Source: Escherichia phage vB_Eco_F26. From it: 64,000 bases of DNA. The position numbers were made by a program, and so were the translations under genes. The notes under the pieces are model-generated. The model saw only the letters and a list, made by a program, of their open reading frames with translations, was not told the origin of the DNA and made no database searches. Shown in pieces: positions 9,813 through 20,500 of this stretch. The stretch lies in the sequence record OP870145.1; one strand, 5' to 3'. Each line of letters starts with the position of its first letter. Position 1 is the first letter of the stretch.

Positions 9813-10283
9813 TTAATCATGTTTCCACACCCCATCGGTATTTGACCAAAGCCGCTGATTATCTGATCCTCTCCACAGCTTTTTAGTCGGAAGATTTTTC
9901 TCATACTTCCCATCAATAATAACATCAACATATTTAAGCATTTCTAGTTGTTTAATATCTTCAAACTTATATCCTGTCCACAACCAAATGCTTTTATTGG
10001 GATAAAGATTTTTTACTGTTTGAACGATGCAATGAATCACGTCTCTGTTATCAGGATAAAGAGGGTCACCTCCGGTTATAGTTAATCCTTCTATATAATC
10101 ATTATTCAAACATTCAATTAATTGTTCTAGTGTTTCACCAGTGAATGGAACGCCATTTCTAGCATTCCATGTTGATTTATTATAACACCCTTCGCATTTA
10201 TGCAAACAACCTGTAACGAAAAGAACGGTCCTGCATCCAGGACCATTAACAAAGCAGCACGGGTATATTCTGTCATAATTCAT
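9813..10283 (-). CDS. nrdG: Anaerobic ribonucleotide reductase activating protein (radical SAM)
   Basis: CxxxCxxC cluster motif (GCLHKCEGC); 156 aa from the second Met, the length recalled for T4 NrdG; adjacent to nrdD. Confidence 0.88.
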   Translation of the reverse strand: MNYDRIYPCCFVNGPGCRTVLFVTGCLHKCEGCYNKSTWNARNGVPFTGETLEQLIECLNNDYIEGLTITGGDPLYPDNRDVIHCIVQTVKNLYPNKSIWLWTGYKFEDIKQLEMLKYVDVIIDGKYEKNLPTKKLWRGSDNQRLWSNTDGVWKHD

Positions 10284-11110
10284 AATAATATCCAATTTTT
10301 CCAAGCTTCATCAGTAGAATTACAGCGTTTTAGTATAAGATGTCTAGAAACTTTTATGGCATTTGAGCACTTTTTAATTGAATCATATTTAATACCGTCA
10401 ACTGAAACGGTTTTGCTAGTTGGAGAAATTTTTCCATACATTGGATTTTTTGAACCAACTTGAAGTCCTTTTAAAGCTTTTGAAAGCTTTTGTCTAGATT
10501 CCAATGACATGGGAGAATTCTTTTTACCTTCAATAATTCGCTTGCGATGAAGTTCGCGTTCTTCTTCACTCAAAGAATTGTAATATTTTTTAACACCGTT
10601 TGATATAGATAATTTATCTTTCTCAGACCGCTCTCCAGCTAATTTACTTCTAACATCTTTTCGCTTCATAGCTATGCTTACAGCTTTATTTAAATTTGCT
10701 TGATGCTCTGGCGTACGTTTATATTTCTTTAAAGCACGTGAAATAGCTATTTTAGTTTCTTCTGTTCTCTTTTTACCTTTATTTGCTAAACTATTTTTGC
10801 GGCGATGCTCAAGTGTCTGTTCATAGGCAGTTCCACCTTTTCCACCAGGTTTAATATTATATGTGTTTTCTTTTAGACAATACTCTTCGGTTACAAGTTC
10901 AGCTTCTTTATCATACATTTGTTTTTCATTATCAAAAACATGTAAAATTTCTTTATTAAAATTTTTTCTACCATATTTTAATAAAGCGGCACGAATCAAT
11001 GTTCCTGATCCCATATAACCGTCATTTATGTTATCGGTGCTATGCGCACCGATATATTCCTTTGAATTAATTATATTTGTTATTTTATAAATTATATAAT
11101 ACCTATGCAT
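10280..11110 (-). CDS. GIY-YIG homing-endonuclease-like protein (free-standing, between nrdG and nrdD)
   Basis: 276 aa; N-terminal YYIIYKITNIINSKEYIGAHS GIY-YIG module; repeated basic DNA-binding-like modules in the C-terminal half. Confidence 0.65.
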   Translation of the reverse strand: MHRYYIIYKITNIINSKEYIGAHSTDNINDGYMGSGTLIRAALLKYGRKNFNKEILHVFDNEKQMYDKEAELVTEEYCLKENTYNIKPGGKGGTAYEQTLEHRRKNSLANKGKKRTEETKIAISRALKKYKRTPEHQANLNKAVSIAMKRKDVRSKLAGERSEKDKLSISNGVKKYYNSLSEEERELHRKRIIEGKKNSPMSLESRQKLSKALKGLQVGSKNPMYGKISPTSKTVSVDGIKYDSIKKCSNAIKVSRHLILKRCNSTDEAWKNWILL

Positions 11111-12400
11111 GTTTTACTCGTTTTACCATTTCTTTCATTTTACCTAAATTCCATGGAACAACGCTAGGAGTTCCAAGATATCCGCATGTTCTTCTTATTG
11201 TGTTCATCTTTTTAGGATCAGTTTCTCCACAAATAGAACAAACAAATCCGTTTTCAGTAGGAGTCATTTCATGGGTACTTCCACATGTAAAACATTTATC
11301 TACTGGCATATTAACACCAAAATAATCTAAATGTTGTGCAGCATAATCCCATACGGCCTCAAGGCCTTTCAAGTTATTTTTCATATCAGGAAGTTCAACA
11401 TAAGAAATGTGACCACCTGTCGCAATGAAATGATACGGAGCTTCGCGAGAAATCTTTTCAAACGGAGTAATATTTTCTTCTACTGAAACGTGGAAACTGT
11501 TAGTGTACCAGCCTTTATCGGTAACATCTTTTACACTTCCATATTTTTCGGTATCAAGTTTACAGAAGCGATAGCACAGGTTTTCAGCAGGAGTAGAATA
11601 CAAACTAAAAGCAAAACCGGTTCTTTCAGTCCACTGCTTAAGACGAGCATTCATTTTAGTCAAAATTTCCTGTCCAATATCACGACCGACAAGAATATTC
11701 AATTCGTGAATACCAATGTATCCTAGGGATACTGAACTTCTACCGTTTTTAAATAACTCAATTATGTCATCATCAGGTTTAAGACGAACCCCGAATGCAC
11801 CTTCTTGGTAAAGAATAGGAGCAACAGTAGCTTTAACTCCTTTTAAGGAACTAATTCTACACATCAAAGCTTCAAAACACAGGTCCATTCGCTCGTCGAA
11901 CAATTCAGTAAATTTCTGTTCATTGAACTGTGTTCCAATATAAGAATCTAACGCGATGCGAGGAAGATTCAGTGTTACAACGCCAAGATTATTACGACCG
12001 TCAAGAATTTCATTACCGGTCGAATCTTTCCATACGCTCAAGAAACTACGGCAGCCCATTGGAGAAACTGGAACTGAAGAACCAGTGATAGCTTTATTGT
12101 TCTTAGCTGAAATAATATCAGGATACATTCTTTTGCTTGCACATTCTAACGCAAGTTGTTTAATATCATAGTTTGGATCATCTTTATAAAGATTAACACC
12201 TTCTTCAACAAACATAACAAGTTTAGGAAAAATAGGAGTTATTCCATCACGACCAAGACCTTTAATGCGGTTTTTAAGAATTGCCTTCTGAATCATTCGT
12301 TCGGTCCAATCGGTTCCTGTACCAAATGTAATTGTTACAAAAGGCGTTTGTCCGTTTGAACTAAAAAGAGTATTTACTTCATCATTATATTCAGCATGAG
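11103..12400 (-). CDS. nrdD: Anaerobic ribonucleoside-triphosphate reductase NrdD, exon 2 (C-terminal ~430 aa); 5' boundary approximate
   Basis: Glycyl-radical motif RRTCGYLG and C-terminal Cys cluster; gene interrupted by an intron carrying an endonuclease ORF, as in T4 nrdD (sunY). Confidence 0.85.
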
Positions 12401-13430
12401 TCGCAAATTCATGCCCGTTTATATGAAACAACAAAATTTGGATAGTCCATAGATATGCAACGTTCTTTTATAGCGCTAGGATGAAAATTTAGCGCTTTAG
12501 CTGCTTCTATATAAGACGTATACTTAATACCGTCAACAACCACATATTCAGGAACTTTATGAATAGTAGTCTTAATACTCAAAACAAGAGGATGAGTTTC
12601 GACTTCACTTTCAGTGCAATTTAAATATTCCGCTGCTTTTTTAAAACTTCTAAAAGTTTTATTTTTAAGCTTTATCGATACTTGTTTTTTACTTTTTCGA
12701 CTATTGATATTATTTTGCACATGTTCCTTAGATCTTCCGTTTTTAGCATAATATTCAGCTACAGAAGATTTTATATTGTTTTTATGAGATTCGGATAACA
12801 CTTTACCCTTATGAGCATCTCTTAATTTTTGAATATGTTCTTCAGTATCCGGATGCTTATAAAACTTTTTACCGCCTATGGATTTATTTAAACATTTTTT
12901 GCTATAAAAATATTTACGTATGACCTCTTCTTCATGTTTTAATGCATCTTTATAACTATCAAATGTTTTTAAAATTATCCATTTAGTAGGTGTATCAGTT
13001 TTTAAGCGTTCATTTATATACTTAGATGACGTTGTGTAAGTTTTCCAGTTTGTGGGCTTGTTTTTAATTGTTCTAAATTTTTTATAACCGATATAAATGT
13101 CGCCATTAGAAAACTTAACTAAGTATGTAAATGCGTCTTTATCTTTTATTTTAGTACAACGTCTTTTTATCCATTTCATTGTTTCACCTCGTATTCATAA
13201 GATAATCTTATTTATACAAGATGACTGCTGCATGTCGCCATGCAGATTAGACTATATCTTCATCTTTCGATGCCGGCCGTTTCGAATAGCATTAGCTTCT
13301 ATTCTACACCGCTACATTCATCACGGTTAGTCGTTAGGCATTTAGTTCAAAAGAACATTTAGCACGGGATTGTCTACTAGAGAGGTTCCCCGTTTAGACC
13401 GGTTTTACATGAGCCTGAATTAAATTAACT
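12400..13430 (-). mobile_element. Group I intron in nrdD (approximate bounds) carrying a GIY-YIG endonuclease ORF
   Basis: About 1 kb separates the two nrdD coding segments; contains a 256-aa GIY-YIG ORF and a ~240-nt ORF-free structured region (13180-13420). Confidence 0.75.
12409..13179 (-). CDS. Intron-encoded GIY-YIG homing endonuclease (I-TevII-like)
   Basis: 256 aa; FTYLVKFSNGDIYIGYKK GIY-YIG module; lies inside the nrdD intron. Confidence 0.7.
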   Translation of the reverse strand: MKWIKRRCTKIKDKDAFTYLVKFSNGDIYIGYKKFRTIKNKPTNWKTYTTSSKYINERLKTDTPTKWIILKTFDSYKDALKHEEEVIRKYFYSKKCLNKSIGGKKFYKHPDTEEHIQKLRDAHKGKVLSESHKNNIKSSVAEYYAKNGRSKEHVQNNINSRKSKKQVSIKLKNKTFRSFKKAAEYLNCTESEVETHPLVLSIKTTIHKVPEYVVVDGIKYTSYIEAAKALNFHPSAIKERCISMDYPNFVVSYKRA

Positions 13431-13965
13431 CATACGCCTGGAATGCATCGTATACGTCTTTTTCTGTTTTAGATTGAGCATAATTCAACGCATCAGCGAT
13501 TTGCCATTTTTCTGCATCCTCAATATGTTTTGCATAGGTGCGTTTAACATAAGGAGAAAGTACTTTATCTACATTCGCAAAAGTCGTTCCGCCGTATTGG
13601 TGAGAAGCAACCTGTGCAGTAATTTGTGCCATAATTGCAGTAGCAACACCGATTGATTTAGGAGTTTCAATCTGTGCATTACCGAGCTTAAATCCGTTCT
13701 CAAGCATTCCTTTTAAATCTACTAAACAGCAATTAGTAAAAGGCAATGATATACTGTAATCTAAATCATGAAAATGAATTAATCCAACATTATGGGCATT
13801 TACAATATGACTTGGAAGAATACGACAAGCGATATGTTTAGAAACAATACCGGCCATTAAATCTCTTTTTGTTGGAAAGACGCGAGAATCTTTGTTGGCG
13901 TTTTCTGTATTTAATTCTTTATCTTTATTTGAAATAAAATTTAAAACATCTTTCTCTAAAGACAT
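13430..13965 (-). CDS. nrdD: NrdD exon 1 (N-terminal ~175 aa); 3' boundary approximate
   Basis: Open frame upstream of intron; sum of the two segments about equals the ~605 aa recalled for T4 NrdD. Confidence 0.8.
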
Positions 13966-14777
13966 AATTCTAATTTATCCTTTTGAAATTCTTCGTCTAA
14001 ATATGGGTTCCAACCCATTTTAAACCTTTTGATGAAATTATCAATTCTAAATTTCGGTAAGTTTAAATCCGCAAAAATAGATGATTTACTTTTAAAATCT
14101 GGACCTAAATAATCATATAAAATTTCTGCGTATTTTAACCATAATATATAAGTACCAGATTTAATTGCTCTCGGAGTTTTCCAAGGTTTTACACCATACA
14201 TCGGATTTCCACTTCCTTTATGCCTGATAGAAGATGAAATTCCAATTTTAATTTTAGCTTCCTTTGTGTGCGAAAATCCATGATGCGGATTTTCTTTCCA
14301 GTATTTTTTAGAAGCTTCTGATATTTTCTTTCTGGCTAAATTAGTATGATGCTTTCCATAAAATCCATGATTTTTACCTTTATTACGATTTCTTTTAATC
14401 ATGGTTATTGATTGCTTTTCTCTAGTTTCTTTAGAAGGAGAAATACCATACGTTGTAAATTGACCGTTAGCATATGCTAAATTGAAATACTCTTTATTCC
14501 ATATATCTTTTTCTATATTCTTTTGAAATTCAGCTTCAATGCTAGTTATTTGTTCATCTCCGACTAATTGAAAATATAATATTTCAACTTTCGGCGTTTC
14601 TTTCAATAGAGCTTTTTGAAATTCAGAAGATGACGAAGACGAATAATAAAATTTACCATTTTTATCAATAATATTCGTTCCATCAAAAGTGCAATTAGTT
14701 TTACTTCCAATGTAATAATATGGCGGGGTTTTAGCATTAATTCTATTAATAAATGATAGTTTATATACTACATTCAT
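13956..14777 (-). CDS. GIY-YIG homing-endonuclease-like protein (free-standing, between 49 and nrdD)
   Basis: 273 aa; VYKLSFINRINAKTPPYYYIGSKTN GIY-YIG module; repeated G-x-x-HG-like modules. Confidence 0.65.
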   Translation of the reverse strand: MNVVYKLSFINRINAKTPPYYYIGSKTNCTFDGTNIIDKNGKFYYSSSSSSEFQKALLKETPKVEILYFQLVGDEQITSIEAEFQKNIEKDIWNKEYFNLAYANGQFTTYGISPSKETREKQSITMIKRNRNKGKNHGFYGKHHTNLARKKISEASKKYWKENPHHGFSHTKEAKIKIGISSSIRHKGSGNPMYGVKPWKTPRAIKSGTYILWLKYAEILYDYLGPDFKSKSSIFADLNLPKFRIDNFIKRFKMGWNPYLDEEFQKDKLELCL

Positions 14778-15247
14778 TTTAAACTCTTTCTAAGCTGCTT
14801 CTTAAATGAAGCTATTAACTGTGTTTTAGTGTCAGATTCATTATATTCAAATCCTCTTTGAAGCATCTCAGCCATCATTTCCTCTTTTCCTAAACGAGAA
14901 AATTCCTTTGATTTATCTCCAACGAAGTTAGGGTGAATATTATTTTGGGTGTAATCGGATTTTAAATAAGTAAGTAAATTTTCTAACCATTCAAGATAAT
15001 CAACACCTTGTCCCTTTAAGCCAGAACGATTAAATTTATGCTTCATTTGACCTTCTGCGGCATTGCAGAGATTACAAAGCAATCCACGTACCTTTCCTGC
15101 TTTTGGTCCATTTAATTCATGGTCATGGTCGAGGTGATTAGCTTGAACATCAGGATTTAGTTCTCGTTGGCAAATTAAGCATTTACCATTTTGTGCATCA
15201 TAAAATTTCTGTTTTTCTTTTTTATATAATTTGCCAGTCAATAACAT
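14774..15247 (-). CDS. 49: Endonuclease VII (Holliday junction resolvase)
   Basis: 157 aa; MLLTGKLYKKEKQKFYDAQNGKCLICQRELNPDVQANHLDHDHELNGPKAG... matches recalled T4 gp49. Confidence 0.95.
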   Translation of the reverse strand: MLLTGKLYKKEKQKFYDAQNGKCLICQRELNPDVQANHLDHDHELNGPKAGKVRGLLCNLCNAAEGQMKHKFNRSGLKGQGVDYLEWLENLLTYLKSDYTQNNIHPNFVGDKSKEFSRLGKEEMMAEMLQRGFEYNESDTKTQLIASFKKQLRKSLK

Positions 15248-15288
15248 AATAAACCCTTACCTTAAATAGATAAGGGTATTTATTATTT

Positions 15289-15774
15289 TCAAGTATTGTA
15301 AAACATTTGATTCAATCGCTTATATTGCCGAATCTTTTGGTCAGAAAAAGAAATTTGAGTTTCAAGCCATTCAATGTACTCTGCGGCAGCTTGCATCAGG
15401 TTACCTTCATAGCCATCGTTATTTTCTTGTGCAGCTAATTTAGCTAATGCGTATGAAATACGTTCACCTTGAAAAGCGGCTTTAGGTTTATGAATAGCTT
15501 GATCAACTCGTTCTACGACTTCTTCAATTTCGCCATTTTCTACTGATTCAGTATTCCATAAGCACCAATACGTAATTGGCTTATCGTAGATGTTAATAAT
15601 CTTTCCGTCGGAAAGTTCAATTTCAATAATTCCAGTATCAGGTTCTATATCATCTTCACATTCTTTTGCAAGTTCACGAACTTTAAAGACAGTACCTGCG
15701 CTAAGTTCCGGCCAGTAATTACATAGCCCTGTATCAGCACGATTAATTCTAAACCACTTATCTACTGTAATCAT
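15289..15774 (-). CDS. pin: PinA-like protein (inhibitor of host Lon protease), by size and synteny
   Basis: 161 aa from the second Met, the length recalled for T4 PinA; directly upstream of gene 49. Confidence 0.55.
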   Translation of the reverse strand: MITVDKWFRINRADTGLCNYWPELSAGTVFKVRELAKECEDDIEPDTGIIEIELSDGKIINIYDKPITYWCLWNTESVENGEIEEVVERVDQAIHKPKAAFQGERISYALAKLAAQENNDGYEGNLMQAAAEYIEWLETQISFSDQKIRQYKRLNQMFYNT

Positions 15775-15897
15775 GTCCCATCTCCATATCAATTAAGTCA
15801 TTTATTGTTGGTTCATTATATACTATTTCTTCATCAGTGTAAACCGGTTCTTCCGGCTCTGGCTCTACAGTTTCCCATCTAGCCGCCCACCAAGGTT

Positions 15898-16218
15898 TTA
15901 TAGCGTAATCCATTCTCGTACTATCTGAGTTACTACACGTTCACGGGGCTCGACTAGTTCAACAGTCGGAACTGCATAATACCAGTCAGAATGATAAGAA
16001 CCTGACAGAGATTCATTTACCGCTACATGTACATTATGTTTTGGACTAAAGTAAACACACTGACGATATTGGCATTTACCATCTTGCACCCAGTCTTCTA
16101 TTTCGATAGGTTTAAGATAATCCGAAAAATCGAAATCATAATTTTCTGAAAATGCATCATGGTCTTCAATGATTTCACTAAGAACTGCATCAACATCTAA
16201 TTTATTTTCAATATTCAT
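15898..16218 (-). CDS. Hypothetical protein
   Basis: 106-aa acidic ORF. Confidence 0.45.
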   Translation of the reverse strand: MNIENKLDVDAVLSEIIEDHDAFSENYDFDFSDYLKPIEIEDWVQDGKCQYRQCVYFSPKHNVHVAVNESLSGSYHSDWYYAVPTVELVEPRERVVTQIVREWITL

Positions 16219-16228
16219 TTTTCACCAC

Positions 16229-16618
16229 TTAATTTCGCAATTTATTAAGTTCTTCATAATCAATCCAGGATTCTAGTCCTGATGGCAGGTCACATTCAAT
16301 TTCCCAAAGAAGTTCTTCAATTTTATGAAGACGATCTAGTTCTTCAGCAGGAATAGTAACCATTGACGGAGCTCTTGCTACATTAATATCGTAAATCATA
16401 TTTACCCCCAGTTTGACCATACAATCGCCGTATTTCCACTTAGAAATAGACTTTTCACCATTAGAATAATAAACTTCAAGTTTAGCACGATTATTTTTAA
16501 TTTGAATAACCTTTGCTGTCATCAAAGTTCCATACCCATAATAAACTGCAACTTCATCACCTACATATACCGCGCTTCCGCGGTAATCGTGAATATAGTC
16601 AGTTCCTTCGAGCATCAT
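16229..16618 (-). CDS. Hypothetical protein
   Basis: 129-aa ORF. Confidence 0.45.
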   Translation of the reverse strand: MMLEGTDYIHDYRGSAVYVGDEVAVYYGYGTLMTAKVIQIKNNRAKLEVYYSNGEKSISKWKYGDCMVKLGVNMIYDINVARAPSMVTIPAEELDRLHKIEELLWEIECDLPSGLESWIDYEELNKLRN

Positions 16619-16878
16619 TTAAAATATTCTCGCAGTTGGTCAAATCCACCAATATGACTTCCATCAGGAGCAAATACCTGGGGCATTGTCAAGCCGATTT
16701 GAGTATCACGACCTAGTTTAGTCAGAAGCTCAGCGATTTTCTCATCATCAAAAACACCTTTTTCCGGCATAATGTTGATAAATTCAAACGGCTGTTTCTT
16801 CACGGTCAAAAGACGTTTTGCATTATCACAATACACGCATTTATGAATGTTGCTATCATAACCATATACTTTAAACAT
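16615..16878 (-). CDS. nrdC: Thioredoxin/glutaredoxin (RNR reductant)
   Basis: 87 aa; MFKVYGYDSNIHKCVYCDNAKRLLTVKKQPFEF... matches recalled T4 NrdC; CVYC active site. Confidence 0.95.
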   Translation of the reverse strand: MFKVYGYDSNIHKCVYCDNAKRLLTVKKQPFEFINIMPEKGVFDDEKIAELLTKLGRDTQIGLTMPQVFAPDGSHIGGFDQLREYFK

Positions 16879-16879
16879 A

Positions 16880-17137
16880 TTATTCCTTAATTCCTAGTAC
16901 TTGTTTAAAAGTCTCGTCGTAATCAAGACTTTGGCCCGTTTGTTCTTTATGTTTGTATATAATATCACTTACTTCTAATAGCATATTTTTATATGAACGA
17001 GTTAAAGCAGATTTAAGCACGCTGTATCTATCAGGAAATTTACCATGTTCATTATAATAAGCTATTGCTAATTCACGGACTGCCTTTTCAGCAGTCTCCA
17101 TATATTCTTTACGCTTGGCCATTTTCTTCTCTCTCAA
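16880..17137 (-). CDS. Hypothetical small protein
   Basis: 85-aa ORF. Confidence 0.45.
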   Translation of the reverse strand: MREKKMAKRKEYMETAEKAVRELAIAYYNEHGKFPDRYSVLKSALTRSYKNMLLEVSDIIYKHKEQTGQSLDYDETFKQVLGIKE

Positions 17138-17426
17138 ATCGGTGTTTGCAATGACGACATTTATAACGAAGAATACTAGTCTGCCAATGAATCAATTGAA
17201 CCTGTTCAGTACCACATTTTGGGCAGTTCGGAACATTCTTAGAAGCCCTTTCGCGGCGTTCAACCATAACCATAATGGCATCCCAAGCAGGAGGTTTAAA
17301 GTCTAAATCGTCACAACCATGAATCTTTCCACGCATTTCCAGATCGTCTTCTTCACCAGCCATAATAATTTTAATTAGACTAGAATTACTTGAAGCTACA
17401 ATGTCTTCTAATAGACGCTTTTTCAT
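17109..17426 (-). CDS. Small zinc-ribbon protein
   Basis: 105 aa; CPKCG...18 aa...CRHCKH four-Cys ribbon. Confidence 0.45.
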   Translation of the reverse strand: MKKRLLEDIVASSNSSLIKIIMAGEEDDLEMRGKIHGCDDLDFKPPAWDAIMVMVERRERASKNVPNCPKCGTEQVQLIHWQTSILRYKCRHCKHRFEREENGQA

Positions 17427-18352
17427 TTCAATACCTCAATAGCATTACGTAAACCATTTGCTTTTGCATTAAGAGCTTTTAACAGTTTGGTGTGTTCGGC
17501 AATCTGGGCTTCAACTTCAATCAAACGAGCATTGAGATATTCACGTTCTTCACTCAGGTTATCAACCTTTTCTACTTTAGGTTCTTTTACAACTTGCTTA
17601 TATGTATTAGGGTTCTTCAGTTTAATTAGAATGCGTGAACTGTACAGCATTGAACCATTATCTTCGGTTTCGTCATACATTTCCACTACGTCCATCATCT
17701 CCACCATCGTGCAGAGTTTATAAGACAACGAACGAATAATTTTGTTGTGCTTATTAATTTCTCTAGCTGTCATGGTGCCGAGATTACGTGAGTAATAATA
17801 AGGAACCTGGATATTAATTAATACTGATGAACCACCTGGCTTGTGTGTTACTTCATCAGCAATAACCCAATCCTTAACATGAACTGTATTTGTACGGTCA
17901 TCGCCCGCGGTAAATAGTTTACGAGCATGCTTAAAAAGCATATTCACTTGGTCATTGAATTGACAAGCGAATTTATCAGCAAATTTAGTTTCGGGAATGG
18001 TAGATAACCAATCAGTCAAATGGGTCTTTTTAACATCGTTAACAATAGTAAATTCAACCAAATCGGTTATAGATGTCTCAGATTTAATGAAGCTCGGCTT
18101 CATAAAGTTTTTAATGTTATCACTAGCTACAGTAGAAGATAACAGACGAGAACGTTTAAACCATTGAAGCAAATTGCCTAACGAATGAGAATAAGCGTTT
18201 TGAGTATCTTTACAGATATGATTTTCCTGGCCAACATATTGAAGGAAATCACGAAGAATATTATTGATTACTGCCCTGTGTCCTATCTGATAATTACGAT
18301 GTTTAGTAATAAGACTGTCAAAATAATCAATATAATGTTTACGAGTTTTCAT
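17423..18352 (-). CDS. Hypothetical protein, member of a four-gene tandem paralog family with C-terminal coiled coil
   Basis: 309 aa; N-terminus MKTRKHY...; C-terminal heptad-like region ([42 protein letters not shown]). Confidence 0.5.
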   Translation of the reverse strand: MKTRKHYIDYFDSLITKHRNYQIGHRAVINNILRDFLQYVGQENHICKDTQNAYSHSLGNLLQWFKRSRLLSSTVASDNIKNFMKPSFIKSETSITDLVEFTIVNDVKKTHLTDWLSTIPETKFADKFACQFNDQVNMLFKHARKLFTAGDDRTNTVHVKDWVIADEVTHKPGGSSVLINIQVPYYYSRNLGTMTAREINKHNKIIRSLSYKLCTMVEMMDVVEMYDETEDNGSMLYSSRILIKLKNPNTYKQVVKEPKVEKVDNLSEEREYLNARLIEVEAQIAEHTKLLKALNAKANGLRNAIEVLK

Positions 18353-18404
18353 GTTCTTCTCACTTTGTTAATGATTTGTACTCCGAGCCATCCTTGGCTT
18401 TAAA

Positions 18405-19436
18405 TTACTTAATTAACTGTAAAGCTTGTTCTAGATGATCAAGACGATTAACGGATTCTTCCCAAATCTTTTTAGCCTGCTCATATTCTTTCTGCGCTTT
18501 ATTAGAAATTTCTAGAACTTCCTTATAAGCTTTTTCTAATGCAATAACTTCTGGACGAATTTCTACCGGTTCAGGTGAATCATCAAGACATTCCATTAGT
18601 TCCTCAAGGGTAGTTTCTTCTTTAGGAGTATTCACAATTTCATCACATTTTTGTTGGTAAATTTCTTTATCAGTCGGTGAGTACGCGCACTTTACTTCAC
18701 GAAGACTAATTACAATTTTATATCCTTCCCAACCGCATATATTCTTAAAAGGATAAGTATGAATATTTTCTACTGTTTCCATACAAAGTAATGCGGTCTC
18801 TAATTGACGAGTTATAGTGCTAGCAATTGAGAAAAATTTATTAATATTCTTTTGGTTAGTTTCTGGTGTAAAAAATCCATAATTCACAAAAATAGCTACT
18901 TTATTTTTATCAAGCTCATATTCTTTTACGATAATCATATCAGAAGCCAAAGGATGAATTTGACGATAATTGCCATAACATAATTTAGAAGCTGATTTTA
19001 GAATTTGTCCTTTGAAAAGTCTGAAATTACTAATCCAACGACGAGTAAAAATATTCTCAGGGTCTTCTTTATTATTAAGATGATAAGAATTAACATCACC
19101 GAACCAATTATATCCTACTACATCTTTAGTTCGTTTAATTTCTTTCCCAAATTTACCAAGAATATCTCTGTTGACTAAGTATGAAAGAAGACGAGACCCT
19201 TTAAAGGTTTTCTTAATGTCATCTTTATCTGTACGACTAGAAATTTCACGAACTTCGTGAATAAATCTGCTGGAAGAAACAATGCTTACATCAATATTAT
19301 TGAGCCATTGATTGATAATAGAAAGAACACTATTCTGACTAGACTTAGGTTTAACTTTATCATCAATAACACTGTTGAATGATTTGATATATTCGTTACG
19401 AGTCATATTAATCTCCTCAGTAGAAAGTAAGAACAT
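18405..19436 (-). CDS. Hypothetical protein, tandem paralog family member
   Basis: 343 aa; likely true start at internal MTRNEYIKSF; C-terminal coiled coil. Confidence 0.5.
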   Translation of the reverse strand: MFLLSTEEINMTRNEYIKSFNSVIDDKVKPKSSQNSVLSIINQWLNNIDVSIVSSSRFIHEVREISSRTDKDDIKKTFKGSRLLSYLVNRDILGKFGKEIKRTKDVVGYNWFGDVNSYHLNNKEDPENIFTRRWISNFRLFKGQILKSASKLCYGNYRQIHPLASDMIIVKEYELDKNKVAIFVNYGFFTPETNQKNINKFFSIASTITRQLETALLCMETVENIHTYPFKNICGWEGYKIVISLREVKCAYSPTDKEIYQQKCDEIVNTPKEETTLEELMECLDDSPEPVEIRPEVIALEKAYKEVLEISNKAQKEYEQAKKIWEESVNRLDHLEQALQLIK

Positions 19437-19464
19437 TATACCACATCCTTGTGGTAAAGTAAAC
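19435..19464 (-). promoter_or_regulatory. Early promoter: -35 GTTTAC, 18-nt spacer, -10 TATAAT
   Basis: Minus strand GTTTACtttaccacaaggatgtggTATAAT, 25 nt upstream of the ORF starting at 19436. Confidence 0.55.
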
Positions 19465-20492
19465 TAGTTCAGTGCATTTAGTGCATTGTTCAGTTTAGAA
19501 CGTTGCTTCGTGAGATTTTTGACTTTTTCTTGAGCTTTTTCTAGCATCTTTTCAGCTTCTAGCACTTCATTAGTTGCTTTAACGAGTTCATCATCTACTG
19601 CCTTGATAGACTTCTCAATCGCATCGGCATGCCATTTTTCAACAGGTTTAAGACTCGGATTTTCAACAGGAAGAAAATTCACTTTATTGAATTTCCATGC
19701 ATCCTTATTACCTGAACTATACATCCAAAATTTAGGATCGTTTGATGAGTAATTGGATAAATTTAAATTTAAGTTATCTTGCACTTCTTGCTTTTTCTCT
19801 TGCGGGACTTCGTCCTTTCTCAAAAAATCGTATTTAAATGAAACGATCATATCAAGTTCATATGATGTTGTATCTAACTTAAATCGTTCAAAACGAGGTA
19901 AAATCTTAGATTGAACAGCAGCAACAACATCCATATATTTAAATGCTTCTGTCAACTGTGATTTAAGGCATTCACAAATTGAAAGAGAATTTTTTGTATT
20001 AGGTTTAAAGCTAATTCGTGCAGTTCTATTATTTTCTTTTAATGGTCTTACTTCCATCTGAAGAGTATAACCATCAAATTTCAGGTTCTTTAAGTTAATG
20101 TCAGAACCTTTTAATCGACTAGCCGTCGACAAAATTTGCTTTAATTGTTTACGGAATAGAGCAATAAATCTCCATTCAATACGATAATGATTTGGATTGA
20201 AAAATCCAGATGATAAATCGACCTTACTCTGACCAACACCTTGAACAAACAGAGGATTTTTATAATCAATAGTTTTACAAAAATCGGTGAGCTGCTCACG
20301 GGCCGTCATTTGTGTAATATACCCTGCTTTACTAAAATTACGCACCCATTCACTGCTATTCGTATACTTAAAGTGATGAATAACACGATTAACTTTATCA
20401 GGGTCTAAATTATTTTCACACAAAAATGTCATAACATCACGAGTATAGCTGGCATTACGAACCATATCTTCAATTTGAGAACGAGTTTTCAT
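19464..20492 (-). CDS. Hypothetical protein, tandem paralog family member
   Basis: 342 aa; N-terminus MKTRSQIEDM; C-terminal coiled coil. Confidence 0.5.
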   Translation of the reverse strand: MKTRSQIEDMVRNASYTRDVMTFLCENNLDPDKVNRVIHHFKYTNSSEWVRNFSKAGYITQMTAREQLTDFCKTIDYKNPLFVQGVGQSKVDLSSGFFNPNHYRIEWRFIALFRKQLKQILSTASRLKGSDINLKNLKFDGYTLQMEVRPLKENNRTARISFKPNTKNSLSICECLKSQLTEAFKYMDVVAAVQSKILPRFERFKLDTTSYELDMIVSFKYDFLRKDEVPQEKKQEVQDNLNLNLSNYSSNDPKFWMYSSGNKDAWKFNKVNFLPVENPSLKPVEKWHADAIEKSIKAVDDELVKATNEVLEAEKMLEKAQEKVKNLTKQRSKLNNALNALN

Positions 20493-20500
20493 GGTATTCC

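Noticed and set aside
9707-9931. 74-aa ORF overlapping the nrdG 3' end; plus-strand ORFs such as 9513-9710, 10200-10463, 11077-11325
   Set aside because: They overlap strongly supported minus-strand genes in alternative frames or on the antisense strand.
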